This document shows, piece after piece, positions 39,510 to 51,700 of a stretch of 64,000 nucleotides of DNA. The position numbers were made by a program, and so were the translations under genes. The stretch is from positions 30,301,714 to 30,365,713 of the forward strand of contig JAUZTB010000042.1 of NCBI GenBank assembly GCA_034780895.1. Direction: 5' to 3'. This DNA is from Rhynchobatus australiae. Lineage: Eukaryota. The notes under the pieces are model-generated. The model saw only the letters and a program-made list of their open reading frames with translations, did no database searches and had not been told where the DNA came from. Position 1 is the stretch's first letter; every line of letters begins with the position of its first letter.

Positions 39510-40390
39510 GTATTGTTACAATTTTACAGAGTGCTGGTGAGACCCCACCTGGAGTATTGTGCATAGTTTTAGAACATAGAACATAGAACACTACAGTACA
39601 GGCCCTTCGGCTGCAATGTTGTGCCAACATTTTATCCTGCTCTAAGATCTATCTAACCCTTCCCTCCCACATTAGCCCCCTATCTTTCTATCATCCATGT
39701 GTCTATCCAAGAGTCTCTTAAATGTCACTAATGTATCTGCCCCCACAACTTCTGCTAGCAGGTCGTTCCACACACCCATCACTCTGTGTAAAAAACTTAC
39801 CCCTGACATCCCCCTTATACCTTCCTCCAATCACCTTAAAATTACGTCCCCTCATGTTAGCTGTTGTTGCACTGGGAAAATAAATCTCTGACTGCCCACT
39901 TGGTCTATGCCTCTTATTATCTTGTACACTTCTATCAAGTCATCTCTCATCATCCTTCTCTCCAAAGAGAAAAGCCCTAGCTTGCTCAACCTTTCCTCAT
40001 AAGACAATTGAATGAGGAACAAGCAAACATGGACCTGTACAGCATTGTTCATTCCTAACTGTCCTTGAGAAAATTGTGATAATCCTCCTCCCTTGATGAA
40101 ATCTGTATTTTTCCTCATTCTCTGTAGTTCAACATTTACCAAAAAAGGAGACTTTTTTTTCGCTGTTTGCAATAATACTATCTAAATATATTGATATATG
40201 ACTTATAACATTGATGAACTTATCATTTGTCAATCCATTTTAAGTACATAAAGGCATCCAAAAGAAAAAGACTATTCTTGAAAACCTAAATTAAATTAAG
40301 TTTTGATCTCCTTATTTAAGAAGGGATATACTGGCATTGGAAGCAGCAGGAGATTCACCGGGATAATTCCTGGGATCAGAGGGTTGCCCA
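39510..40390. mobile_element. Nested CR1 copies: minus-strand 3' end (39570-40005) inserted into an older plus-strand CR1
   Basis: Plus 'LLQFYRVLVRPHLEYCA' (39510-39570) resumes as 'SPYLRRDILALEA..RRFT' near 40305. Between them is an antisense copy 'SYEERLSKLGLFSLERR..RDDLIEVYKIIRGID' with an (agaacat)n tail. Confidence 0.85.
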
Positions 40391-41419
40391 TGCTGATATC
40401 TTACTGATTAATCTTCAATTCTTGGAGACTCCAGGCCAATTCATGAGAATTTGGGAATACCATTTGAGGCTGAGTCAATGGTCAAGGGATTCCAGGAAAC
40501 CAGATTAGAAGGATTTAAATGTGTTCCTGGAGTAACCATGGTAACAAATGGCCTACCCAGTGTTGGGGCCAGCAAGCTGGTTAAAAAAAAAGACATTCCC
40601 AGAAAACAAATCCAATCAAACCTTGTATTTGCCTTGTTTCTTCAAGAAAACAAAGCTCTGGGGAGTGATTGAAATAAAAAATGATCCTAAAGGACCCTTC
40701 CCCTTTAATTATTTGGTGAAAAGAACCTTTGTGGGATTGAAAGTTTATGGAAACATCTGTCACACCAGCTGCCTGCTAGATCTGGAGGCCTGAACCCATT
40801 GAAGTAACCAGTCATTTATCTACCTGCAACTGATTGTATGTAATTTCTCTGTGACACTTTCTGCATCAAAAAGGTTTGCAATTAACATGGGAGGTTGAAG
40901 GGATTAATATACATCAGTTAGATATCAATTAAAAACTGAAAATCAAATCAGAATCCCCAGTGATTTGAACTTAGAGTTGTTTTAAAACCTAGTGGATTGA
41001 CAGAGGGTCCATCCATAAACATCAATAAACACTCTGTGCAGTTATTATCCAGTAGTGCTTTGCTATCCACTTTTCTTAACTGAAGAAGCTAACAGGGGAA
41101 ATATGCTCTCAACATCTATCCTCTAAAAACCCCTCATAATGTCACATATTTCAATAAAATCATCTCTTATTCTTTTAAACTCCAACTGAGTTCAGGCCCA
41201 ATCTACTCAATCAAATAATGCAGCCCAGATTCCAGAAAGTTATTGCATGAAAAGAATTCTCCTCTGGTTCTTTTACTAATTACCTTGCATTTGTTTATCA
41301 CACAAACAGGTTCATTTTAACTAAACATTTCATGAACACCAACTATTGATTCTACCCTTAACCTTCCCAGTTCTAAGTAGGGCAATCAATCCCAAGCACC
41401 TCCAGCCTTTCAGGCATCA

Positions 41420-41855
41420 AAAGGCAGACCATTATCTAAATAGAGAGAGATTGTAAATGAGTGGAGTACAGAGGGATCTAGGTGCTATCATACACGAGGC
41501 ACAAAAGTTAGTGGGCAGCTGCAGCAAGTAGTGAGTTTGGATGGGCCTTATTGTTGGCACAGGCATTCTAGGCCAAAGGGACTATTCCTATACTGTACTG
41601 TGCTATATTCTATGAAATCAAATGGTTTGTTGGCCTTTATTGCAAGTGTGTTAGAATCTAGAAGTAGAAAGTATTGTTACAGCTGCACAGGGTGATGGTG
41701 AAATCACAGCTGGAGTTCTTCATACAGTTCTTGTCTCATTATTATAGAAAGGTTACACCAGAATTGGAGGACGTCCAGAATAAATTAACTAGGCTAACTC
41801 CTGCGAAGAGAGGCTGGTCCTTTCATGAATGATTGAAAGAGTTAGATCTGTTTGA
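41420..41855 (+). mobile_element. CR1 LINE fragment with a short CR1-tail insertion at ~41530-41612
   Basis: 'VQRDLG', 'LLAFIA', 'VLLQLHRVMVKSQLE'; internal tail ggccaaagggactattcctatactgtactgtgctatattctatg. Confidence 0.75.
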
Positions 41856-41904
41856 GTTCAGAGGAATCTTGTATATTTCCAATAAACCAATCAATGTCCC
41901 TTAC

Positions 41905-42025
41905 CTCTCACCACCAGCATTGCAGATGCAGAGGCACTGTCCACCACAGTCTGGGAAGTGCATGTGTATCTCCCAGAGTGTTTCAACTGTGCATTGGTAA
42001 TCTTGAGATCTCCAATAGTTTCCCG
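41905..42025 (-). CDS. CNTN2: Contactin-2 (TAG-1/axonin-1) internal exon, second half of Ig domain 6
   Basis: Acceptor cttccctctctttgcag, donor G|gtaagg, 121 bp, phase 0 to 1. Encodes [40 protein letters not shown](G), versus recalled human CNTN2 [40 protein letters not shown](G). ETIGDL and QTVVDS favour CNTN2 over other contactins. Confidence 0.9.
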
Positions 42026-42339
42026 CTGCAAAGAGAGGGAAGGAAGTAGGTGAATAAGGGAGACTATATCATGGACCACAGGTAGAGCAACACCCTTCAT
42101 TACCGGGTGTTTAGCCATTCACTCAGATGAGCATCTGGAAGCTTGTCATTGCAACTTGCTCAACTCAACATGCCATTGCCTTACACCATCTGATGTTGCC
42201 ATTCAATTGCACTTGCCAAATCCACCATTGGTAATGGCGTCTTAGATCTTACAGTGCAGAAACAGGAAGTCATCAGGAATATATCACTTGTTTCTTCCTG
42301 TGGAACCAGTTCCTGAGCTCCCCTAAGTTTCAGAATAAA

Positions 42340-42615
42340 GTGGGAAATACGGTCACAATGTTTAAAAGACATTTGGACAGTTTCATGGATAGGAAATGTT
42401 TAGAGGGATATGGGCTAAATGCAGGTAAATTGTACTACCTTAGGTACATAACGGCTGGTATGGACGGTTGTGTATATGTTCATGCCGACCAAATTGTGTA
42501 CCTAATCTAGTTCAATTTAGTTTGGACTAGCTTAGGTACACAACTTGGTTTGCATGGACCTTCTCTTGGTCCAACTTGAGTTGGTTTCCTTGCTGTATAA
42601 TTCTATAACTCTATA
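42340..42615 (+). mobile_element. CR1 3' end with internal duplication and inversion
   Basis: 'TMFKRHLDSFMDRKCLEGYG', then a 3' UTR block present three times (two direct, one inverted) and the tail tgctgtataattctataactctata. Confidence 0.85.
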
Positions 42616-43389
42616 ATAGACACGACTGACCTATCTCCTGATGGAGCTACAGTAGGTTCCTGGCACTTTCTACACGCTCCCTGTAGAACTGATGCAAAGC
42701 TCTTGACGTTGCCCACATTAGGTCCCATTCACACATCATCCCAGTGCTCAAAGCTTGTGGCTGGTTTAACAACACCGTGGATTTACAATTCTCACCTGTG
42801 TGTATCAGTGCAAGGTTTATGTGAAAATAACTGAGTGTAAACAGACCCAGGTTCTGCTGGATTGCTCTGCTCCTTCTAGCTGCAACTTGGTGCAGCCAGT
42901 GAAAAGTTTCTGGGCACAACTTTCATTTGGCACAACTCAACAGTTTCAAAAGTGGAGAAACAGATCCCAACCAGAGAAAGAGCCACAGCCCCCTCACTAC
43001 TCAGAGATTATGTGGCTTCAAGACCTTAGGGAGACTCCTTAAAGGAAGCTGGCTGGAGCTGTAGAGTTGCACAGCACAGAAACTTTGGATGCCAGACAAT
43101 GGGCAGGTTTCAAATAAAATTCATTTTTAAACTTATTATGGTTGATTATTGAACATGGATCTGATTAGAAAATTATTCTGCGTGTTGTTTTTAAAAGCTA
43201 TTTTCAATAATTATTTGGTGGATCGACACTTTGATTTAAGGATGCTTAATTTTTGTGATAATAAAGCTGCATTTATCAAACTTTATCAGAATTAGTTTGC
43301 CACACAAATCGCTTAAGGGATACGTTTTTTTAAAATTATGCTGCCCAATTATATAGGTTCAAGGGAGATTTCCTGTTCGACAATATGGA

Positions 43390-43745
43390 ATATGCAAGAG
43401 CTGGACAGAGGAAAAGATTCAAGGATTTGCTCAAAGCTTCCTTTGAAGAAATGCAACATCACTACTGATTCTTGGAAATTTCTGGTCTTCGACCATTGAG
43501 AATGGAGATGGAGTGTTGGAGATGGTCTTGACAATCTTGAGTCCATTCATCAGGATCACATAGAAACTCTGGAAGGAGTGCACTACCTCACAAGCAGCCT
43601 CTGCCTTCCCATCCCGTAAGACAACTCCATCTGTGAAACTGTCTTCAGTTCCCACATTGGGCCCATCAGCCACCTCAGAACCCAGAGAACCACAGTGGAA
43701 GTAAGTCAAAATGGGTCCCAAAGGACTATCAAAGAAGAAGGTGGT
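43390..43745 (+). mobile_element. RTE-clade LINE 3' end
   Basis: 'GQRKRFKDLLKAS.KKCNITTDSW' and the terminal zinc-finger remnant 'SHIGPISHLRT'. Confidence 0.8.
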
Positions 43746-45739
43746 AAGCTTGTGGAAAGAGAAGGTTNNNNNNNNNNNNNNNNNNNNNNNNNNNNNNNNN
43801 NNNNNNNNNNNNNNNNNNNNNNNNNNNNNNNNNNNNNNNNNNNNNNNNNNNNNNNNNNNNNNNNNNNCAGATTTGTACAGCCAAGGTTTATCAAAATCGT
43901 AGCATGCCACATAAAAATTCAGTCAAAATTGAGACCTTTTGTAAACCCCGTTGGCCCCACCTTTATAGTAACAATGAAAAACTACAAAAAAGCAGAGCTA
44001 GATTAAAAGGATTAATGGTCTGTTCAGGTATAAAATTAAAATCTGAATTGACCAAGGAGAATCTGAACCCCTGAAAAACCTGGTGGATTTTTAATTTGCT
44101 TTTCATATCCAACCTGATCTGACCCTACCATTATTGTAAATATAATAATGTCAAACATGTTAAGTCTCACATGGGGTAAACCTAACAGATGCCAGAAGTA
44201 ATTTTGGGAGGCATTTGCAGCAAAGGAAAAAACCTTGCTAAAATGTATTCATTAAGTCTCGGCTGGCCTGACCCAGCTGAACCTGACCCGCATCTGAATG
44301 TTTTATCAGAATATACTCCTGATCAATTTGAGTCCAACATACTCAGTTCCCATTGGGTTTGGGTTGTGTAGGTAGGCTCTGAAAGGATCAGTAAAACCCA
44401 TTAAAAATAACTCCAGATGTTAGAAATTCTGTTACGATCCCAAATGAAAATGTTTAGGGAAACAGTTGACCTGTTCCTATCTGTTTCTTTGTGCATATAA
44501 AGAGGGTAAAAACTGAACCCTGAAGCGATGCTGAGGATTTGGGACCATGAAGTTTCACTGTGACCTCTTGGAATCCAATCAACGTGCATCAAANNNNNNN
44601 NNNNNNNNNNNNNNNNNNNNNNNNNNNNNNNNNNNNNNNNNNNNNNNNNNNNNNNNNNNNNNNNNNNNNNNNNNNNNNNNNNNNNNNNNNNNNNNNNNNN
44701 NNNNNNNNNNNNNNNNNNNNNNNNNNNNNNNNNNNNNNNNNNNNNNNNNNNNNNNNNNNNNNNNNNNNNNNNNNNNNNNNNNNNNNNNNNNNNNNNNNNN
44801 NNNNNNNNNNNNNNNNNNNNNNNNNNNNNNNNNNNNNTAACCACAGCTCAATCTGAGAGTTGCATTCAGGAAGGTAACCCATGTTCAAACTCTCCACTTG
44901 CAGCATTATTTAATGAGATGTGACTACCCAGTGATCAGGAGGGTGGTAGTGATGCAATCACATCATTTTCTGACAAGTTGTGCTGCTCAGTTCATCAGTA
45001 ATGAGAACCTCATGATGTCTTGCATCAATCTGCTGTGACACAAATCTACTCTTGCTAATTCACCAATGGGGAGGGGGCAAAGAGGTCAGGTGGGTTAGTT
45101 GTAGGGTTACGTTGACATCAGGATGACTGTTGCTTTGAATCAACAATGCTGCACCTGGACAATTCATCACTAGAGTACAGAAGCAGATGTTAGTAGATGA
45201 TGCCAAGTCATGAGCAGGGCATGGGGAAGCGTGAACTTCAACAACAGGACACAGGTATCGAGCTGAATTTGGAAGATCGGCTGATGAGTTGTAATTAATG
45301 TGATCAAGTGCAAGGAGTAGGGAATGGAAATAAATAGCAGCAGTGTCTGTACAATTCTGGTCACAGNNNNNNNNNNNNNNNNNNNNNNNNNNNNNNNNNN
45401 NNNNNNNNNNNNNNNNNNNNNNNNNNNNNNNNNNNNNNNNNNNNNNNNNNNNNNNNNNNNNNNNNNNNNNNNNNNNNNNNNNNNNNNNNNNNNNNNNNNN
45501 NNNNNNNNNNNNNNNNNNNNNNNNNNNNNNNNNNNNNNNNNNNNNNNNNNNNNNNNNNNNNNNNNNNNNNNNNNNNNNNNNNNNNNNNNNNNNNNNNNNN
45601 NNNNNNNNNNNNNNNNNNNNNNNNNNNNNNNNNNNNNNNNNNNNNNNNNNNNNNNNNNNNNNNNNNNNNNNNNNNNNAGTCAACCTCAAACTTAAAATTA
45701 ACTGTTGATATAGCTTTAACTAACAATTGAGAGACTTGA

Positions 45740-46880
45740 AAACTTCCACTGTGCTTTATGCGAAAGAAATGTTTCCTACCTTCACTTCTGAAAGGCTGAC
45801 TTGAAGTTTTAGCAATATCCCCCTTGTCCTAGGCTTCCCTTTAAGTAGAAATAGTTTTGGTCTATCCTTTTAATAATATTATGAAAATATCAAATCAGAT
45901 CACTCCTTAAAGTAAATTTCTAGGGAATTCAATCCTAGTTTCTCATTCTTGTGATTTAACTCTTGGAGTGCAAATAATGTTCTGGAACATCTACACTGGG
46001 CTTTCTCCAAGGCCAAGATATCTTTTTCAAGATGCCCAGAAATGCTCACAGGTCACCAAGCTATGGTTTCACTAGAGTTTTACTGTAATATAAATCTACT
46101 TTCCCTACATGATACAAAATAAAAGCAGAAAAGTCAAATACTCAGATCTGGCAGTAACACTGGTGGAAAAGCTTCAGGTCAATGACTTGCTGTCTTTTTC
46201 TATCGTTTGCTGTTTTTAATTTTAGATTTCAAGCATCTGCAATTTTTTGCTTTTCAGCATCCTCTAAATAGAAATGTAACTTTCTCTCCTACTGAGTCAA
46301 TTGTTAATCAAGAAGAGAAAAGGTTGAAACCCTTCTAAATATCACATGGAAGTCACAAGTCACAGCGCACCTATGGAGAACATTCCCAATATCCCAATTA
46401 TCCATTTTCTGCTACTCAGACTATTTCTTAATCAAGCAAATAATTTGCTCTCAATTCCACAAATTTTAGCTTTAGCTCTTTAAAAGGAAGGATTTTACAA
46501 TGTGTTTTTTGGAAGTCCATATAAATAACATCCATAGACATTTCTCCGATATTATTTGTAGCCAACTTCAAAAATTTCTAGTAGATTTTTCAGGCATGGC
46601 CTTACCTTTTACAGATCCATGCTGCTTCCCCCGATCAACTGAAAATTTGAGCCACCATCTCCCTGATAATGGATTCCAGCAATTTCCTGACAGATAACTT
46701 GCAGCTTTCTCATCCCTACTGTCTTTTAAAAGCTAATAGACATTTGCAGTTTACCAAAGTAAGGGTTCCCAAATTAAGGGAGTTTGGGAAGATTACAATT
46801 AGGGCATTTGCAATGTTTTTTTTCTAATTCTTTAAAGACCCTGGGATGGAAGCCATCTATTTCAGTGGATGTGTCATTCT
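45740..46880 (-). mobile_element. Old CR1 fragments, with a Penelope terminal-repeat remnant at ~46120-46255
   Basis: Antisense 'DVIYMDFQK' (46505-46540), an RT motif, plus antisense 3'-ORF2 blocks at 45740-46020. Confidence 0.65.
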
Positions 46881-47984
46881 TTAGTGACACATGGCTCAGT
46901 ACTATGATTTGCTTCCATTAATTTTGGTGAGACCCCATTCCTGATTCAATACTACTTTCCAGAATGCTATCTTCTAACTTTGTTCCAAATAATAACGCAC
47001 AGTAAAAATTCAACATCTTGGCCATTTCCTTATTTTCATTTTCAAAGATCCCATTAGAAGTTTGCAAGGGGCCCCCACAGAAATGCAAATAAAGTGCTGG
47101 AAGAACTCAGCCAGTCAAGCAGCATCTGTGGAAAGAGATCAGTGGAAACCAGTTAAGTTTTCAGATCAATGACCCTTACTCATAACCACAGGAAGAGTGG
47201 AAGGGTCATTTTTTTTAAGCAGAGCTGGGGGTGGGGTGGGGTGAGGNNNNNNNNNNNNNNNNNNNNNNNNNNNNNNNNNNNNNNNNNNNNNNNNNNNNNN
47301 NNNNNNNNNNNNNNNNNNNNNNNNNNNNNNNNNNNNNNNNNNNNNNTCTCTTACAGTGAGAATAGCTTGTATGTAGCTTAAAGTTTCATTGATTTGTGAA
47401 GATTATCCTCAAGAAGGATGTTCTCAGGGAAGCTAGAATGATGGTGGCTCAATGTCAATGCAGTAGGCTTTGAGAAGAGATTGAAGATGGTGTGAAACAC
47501 AACTACAGTGTTTGTGGTCTCCCACATGCTGGAGCGAACTTTGAGGATGGCAAATTATATGACATAATTAGACTGAAATCACAACATGAGAGCAGCAATT
47601 ATAAGGCACTTACTGTGACATGCCACTACTGTCAGCTTTGGACCTTACCTTGTCCGTTGATCCACAGTAAAAGTTTGTGACCAAATATATAGTAATAGTT
47701 TAATTCAGCACTGACATCTGGTTAAATGAAATCTACAAACAAGGTAACAGCTTGTTTGATTTTATCGTACCAACGTATTGTCTGTCTCGTTGGCAAACAC
47801 AAACATGGAAACACAGTTTGAGGGGGGAGGGTGGTGGAGATTGAAGCACAAGACAAAAGATCATGTGGAGATAGGATAAGACAGGTCAGGTGATAAGTAG
47901 CACGAGTACGGACCATTGACAAGGCATTTAAAATAAAAAGCACTATGAGAAAGGGACATCAGCATGATCATGATGAGAGCGCAG

Positions 47985-48790
47985 TTTACCTCAAACTGGA
48001 AAATTCAATGTTCATTCCAAGAGATTGAAAAGTGCTTTGACAGAAGATAAGATGTTTACATTTGGCCTCATTATGGTAGTAGAGGATGCCACAGACAGAC
48101 AGGAAGAGAGGGAGTGGGATTGAGAATTAAAGTTTCAGGCAACAGGAAGCTCAGGGTCACCCCTAAGGACTGAGTGCAGGTGCTCCACAAAGTCATCACC
48201 CAATCTGTGTTTGGTTTCTCCAATGTAGAGGAGGCAACATTGAGAACACTGAATGCAGTCAACTAGGTTGCAAGTGCAAGTGAATCACTGCTTCACCTGG
48301 AGTGACTGTCTGGGTTCCTGGATGGTGGGAAAGTGAATGGTCAGGTGTGGCATCACTTCTGTTTACATGGGAAGGTATTGTGGGATGGGGAGTGGTGGTT
48401 GGGGGCTGAAGAGTGGACTGGGGAGTCATGAAGTGAATGACACCTGCGAACTGAAGAAAGGGAAGATGTGACTGGCGGTGGGATCAGGATGGAGCTGGCA
48501 AAAATTGCAAAGAATAAATGTATTGAGGGTAAAGCTGGTGGGTGGAAGATGAATACCATGGAATTCTTTCTTTGTTATGTCATAGGGAAAGGGGTTGAGA
48601 CAGGTGTGCAGGAAATAGAGGTGATGTGGTTGAGAGCTCCATCCACTATTGCAGAGGGGAAGACATGCGTCAGGACGCAAGAGGACATTTCAGAGGGACC
48701 CAAGCAGAAGGCCTTATCATTGGAACAAATATAACAGAGACTAACAAACTGGAGAAAAATGAATGGTGTCTTTACAGGACACAGGGTGAG
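47985..48790 (-). mobile_element. Penelope-like element, RT-linker and GIY-YIG endonuclease relic
   Basis: Antisense 'QVKQ*FTCT..LVDCIQCSQCCLLYIGETKHRLGDDFVEHLHSV..DPELPVA*NFNS' is the canonical Penelope endonuclease. A matching terminal-repeat remnant lies at ~47078-47180. Confidence 0.9.
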
Positions 48791-51700
48791 AAGGTGCATA
48801 GTCATGGTATCTGTGGTTCCATACAGAAACTGGCTATTCTCATTATTTACCATGAGAGGCAGTGGGAGAAGTGCACACACGAAGAACCAAGGTGGTGCCG
48901 AATGTGCCAAAGCTATATGAACTGCTTAGGCTGAAGAAATACTTCAACAGAATATACAATTCAAAATTTTAACTGAAAAGGTAAATTTAACTCTAATCTG
49001 CTGAAGATTTCCACAACTGTCGAGACAGGAACGTGGGTACTAGCTTTGAAAGAAGGTGCTTCCAATAGGTTAAAGTATGTGCAAAGGATGGTAAACATAT
49101 GGAATCCACTGCTCAGGGATCCAGATAATGTGGGAAAATTAGAGAGAATTGGATACATATTTGAGAGGGACTGAAAGGCATTAGTTTCCAGGACTTGCCA
49201 GATGGACTACAAAGTCTTCCATTACACTTCAAGGTCAGGTAAATAGGATTCTAGGGCATTTTTGATATTTGACCAGCCATTCTGACTCACTAATTGACCC
49301 TAGAGAGGAGTAGATCTGCCACTGAGGGCCCATAATTCTTCCTATTTAATTCAGATACCTCTACATGCCAGTGCCCAAAATGAGTAGAGTGATCTCTACT
49401 TGTCAAGCGGGGGAGAGATTGCAAATGTTTCAGCAAATTGTGTTCCTATAGGGAATGTGTATGCATTTTGTACTGCACAAAAAGAAAATCTATTCTGTGG
49501 AGATTTTTCAGTTATTTGGTTTGAATGAAGTGATGGGATTTCCATGTGTCAAGCTGATGAAACAAAACGCACTAAGATTGGGAACCAGTGCAAAAAAATT
49601 GCTGGTGTTAAGCTCCATTTTAATGGCTCAGGTGGCAAAATCAGATACTTGTTTCAGTTCCACAAAACTCAGTGGGTGGCTGGCTGGGGCAGGGTCACCG
49701 CTACTAAATGCCATCCACTGATCCTTGCCAGAAAGTGCACGTCAGTAGCTGCTGACTTAGAATGCAGTCAAGCATGGCTGCGAGGTATCCACAATGGAAC
49801 AGTCTGCCAGTACAGCAAGAAGTCGTAACTTAAATTGCATTTATATAGCACCTTCCACCACCCTGGGGCATCACAGAGCGATTTACAGCTGCAAAGTATT
49901 TTTTCCAAGTGTATTCGCTATTTTTATTTATGCTAAGTCTGGGAGTTGGAAGCAGAAAGGGGAGGGCAAAAGAGACACTGATGTGTGAACAACTCCATTT
50001 AAACAATATACATCTCTGCAGATATTATTTAGGACTGGTAAAAAAAATGCTCCACTTGAAAGGGAAGAGGCATCCTCAATATGGCACACAAATGTTGGAG
50101 GTCTATGGAGGGTTAACTGGAATTTCTAGTACTATATCACTCCTGGCTTATGGCCAAAAAATTGCAGTGATACTGAAGCTTTGAAAATTAATGTACTCAT
50201 TATGGTGCATTGGTCCTGTGTGCTGTGGACATCTGATTTTCAACCAAACATTGTACTGTACGAGAAGCTGGACATATAAGCTTCAAAATAAAAAGGCGTC
50301 TTGACTTTCCAGTCACTTGGATTATCACCACCACACTGACAAGAATGTGATCTGCAGACTTAATTTCTAATTGTGGATCAAGTTCGCTCTTTCCACTCCA
50401 GTTACCAATCCTCACTATACAAGAAAAGGTTAGCTGAAATAAAAAGGCCATGTGTACGTAACCCCAAAGTCTACTACAAGATCAGAAGTTTTTAAACTGA
50501 TAATGATCAATAGGTGGAACACAATCCATTCAGCGNNNNNNNNNNNNNNNNNNNNNNNNNNNNNNNNNNNNNNNNNNNNNNNNNNNNNNNNNNNNNNNNN
50601 NNNNNNNNNNNNNNNNNNNNNNNNNNNNNNNNNNNATCAGAAGTTTTTAAACTGATCCAGACTACCACATGGTAAAGACATCTGTTACGATACAGTGAAG
50701 GAAACAGATGGAAAAGCAAGAGATTCCACAGAATGTAGTGTAAGATTTACATTATCCGCCATGAACTTCCATGTAGTCCCCATGTTTATACAATTTATCA
50801 CTATTTCCTCAGACAGCTGAGATTAGGAAGCCCACATGAGCTCATGTCCTTGTTATTAACTTCAACTTTGAAAGCAGTTCAGGCTCTCCACTTCCCTACT
50901 CCAGAAAGTTCTTTGCTTAAGCCATTACTTTACATTGCAATAAAAGTCCACACTACCTGAGCAGGCTTCTTCTGGACCTCTTGCTGTGGCTGAAAAAAAG
51001 TAAAATTACAGTTAGATTCCATCAAGTACTTGCGCTGATTTTACTCGCCTTAACTGTAAGCATATCAACACATCAGTGTGAAATAACTTTCCCCGTTTTC
51101 TGTAAAGGAAAATGGACCTTTCACCTTCAGATCCATTTCCTTCCACACCTCTCATTTCTTCCTAACCTGTAGGCTTATACCTGCATATCCCTGTAACCCT
51201 TCAAAACAGAAGAAATGTTATACTAAGAAAACAGGGCTTTGGTTACGCAGTCTGAATTAATTTGACTTCTGCATGCCGTGGCTAAAAGAAACACTCTGAG
51301 AGAGTTGCCAGCTCGCTGGCTTTTTTCCCTGACTTTTTTTTTCCGTGAATTAAGTCCTGACAGTTCAATGAGGGGAAAGACAATGTCTGAATCAAGGCCA
51401 GCGTTGGCTCCTTGCCCAGTATGTGTCAGAGTAATTTTACCAGCTGCCCTTCCAAAAAGCACTCAATCCTCCCCTAATCTCAACAAATGGACCATCGATG
51501 ACTGCACAGACAGAAAGAGGCGGGGGCAGGGGTTTACCAATGCTTATTCTCAACCCTTCTCACCCCACCATCAAGTAAGCTCCTGGCCAGGCCCCACCAT
51601 CTGATTTTTATGAATGGCTTCAGGAAAACAGATTGAGTGCGATATATTTCTAATTGTCATTCATGAAAAAAGGCAGGATTTACACATTGCTCAGAAACCT

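Noticed and set aside
9600-41800. TMEM81 or RBBP5 expected downstream of CNTN2 from human synteny
   Set aside because: No ORF or exon resembling either gene was seen.
43868-43910. 'DFDKP' in a minus-strand ORF resembling CNTN2 IDFDKP
   Set aside because: Flanking residues do not match and the upstream frame is closed; a chance match.
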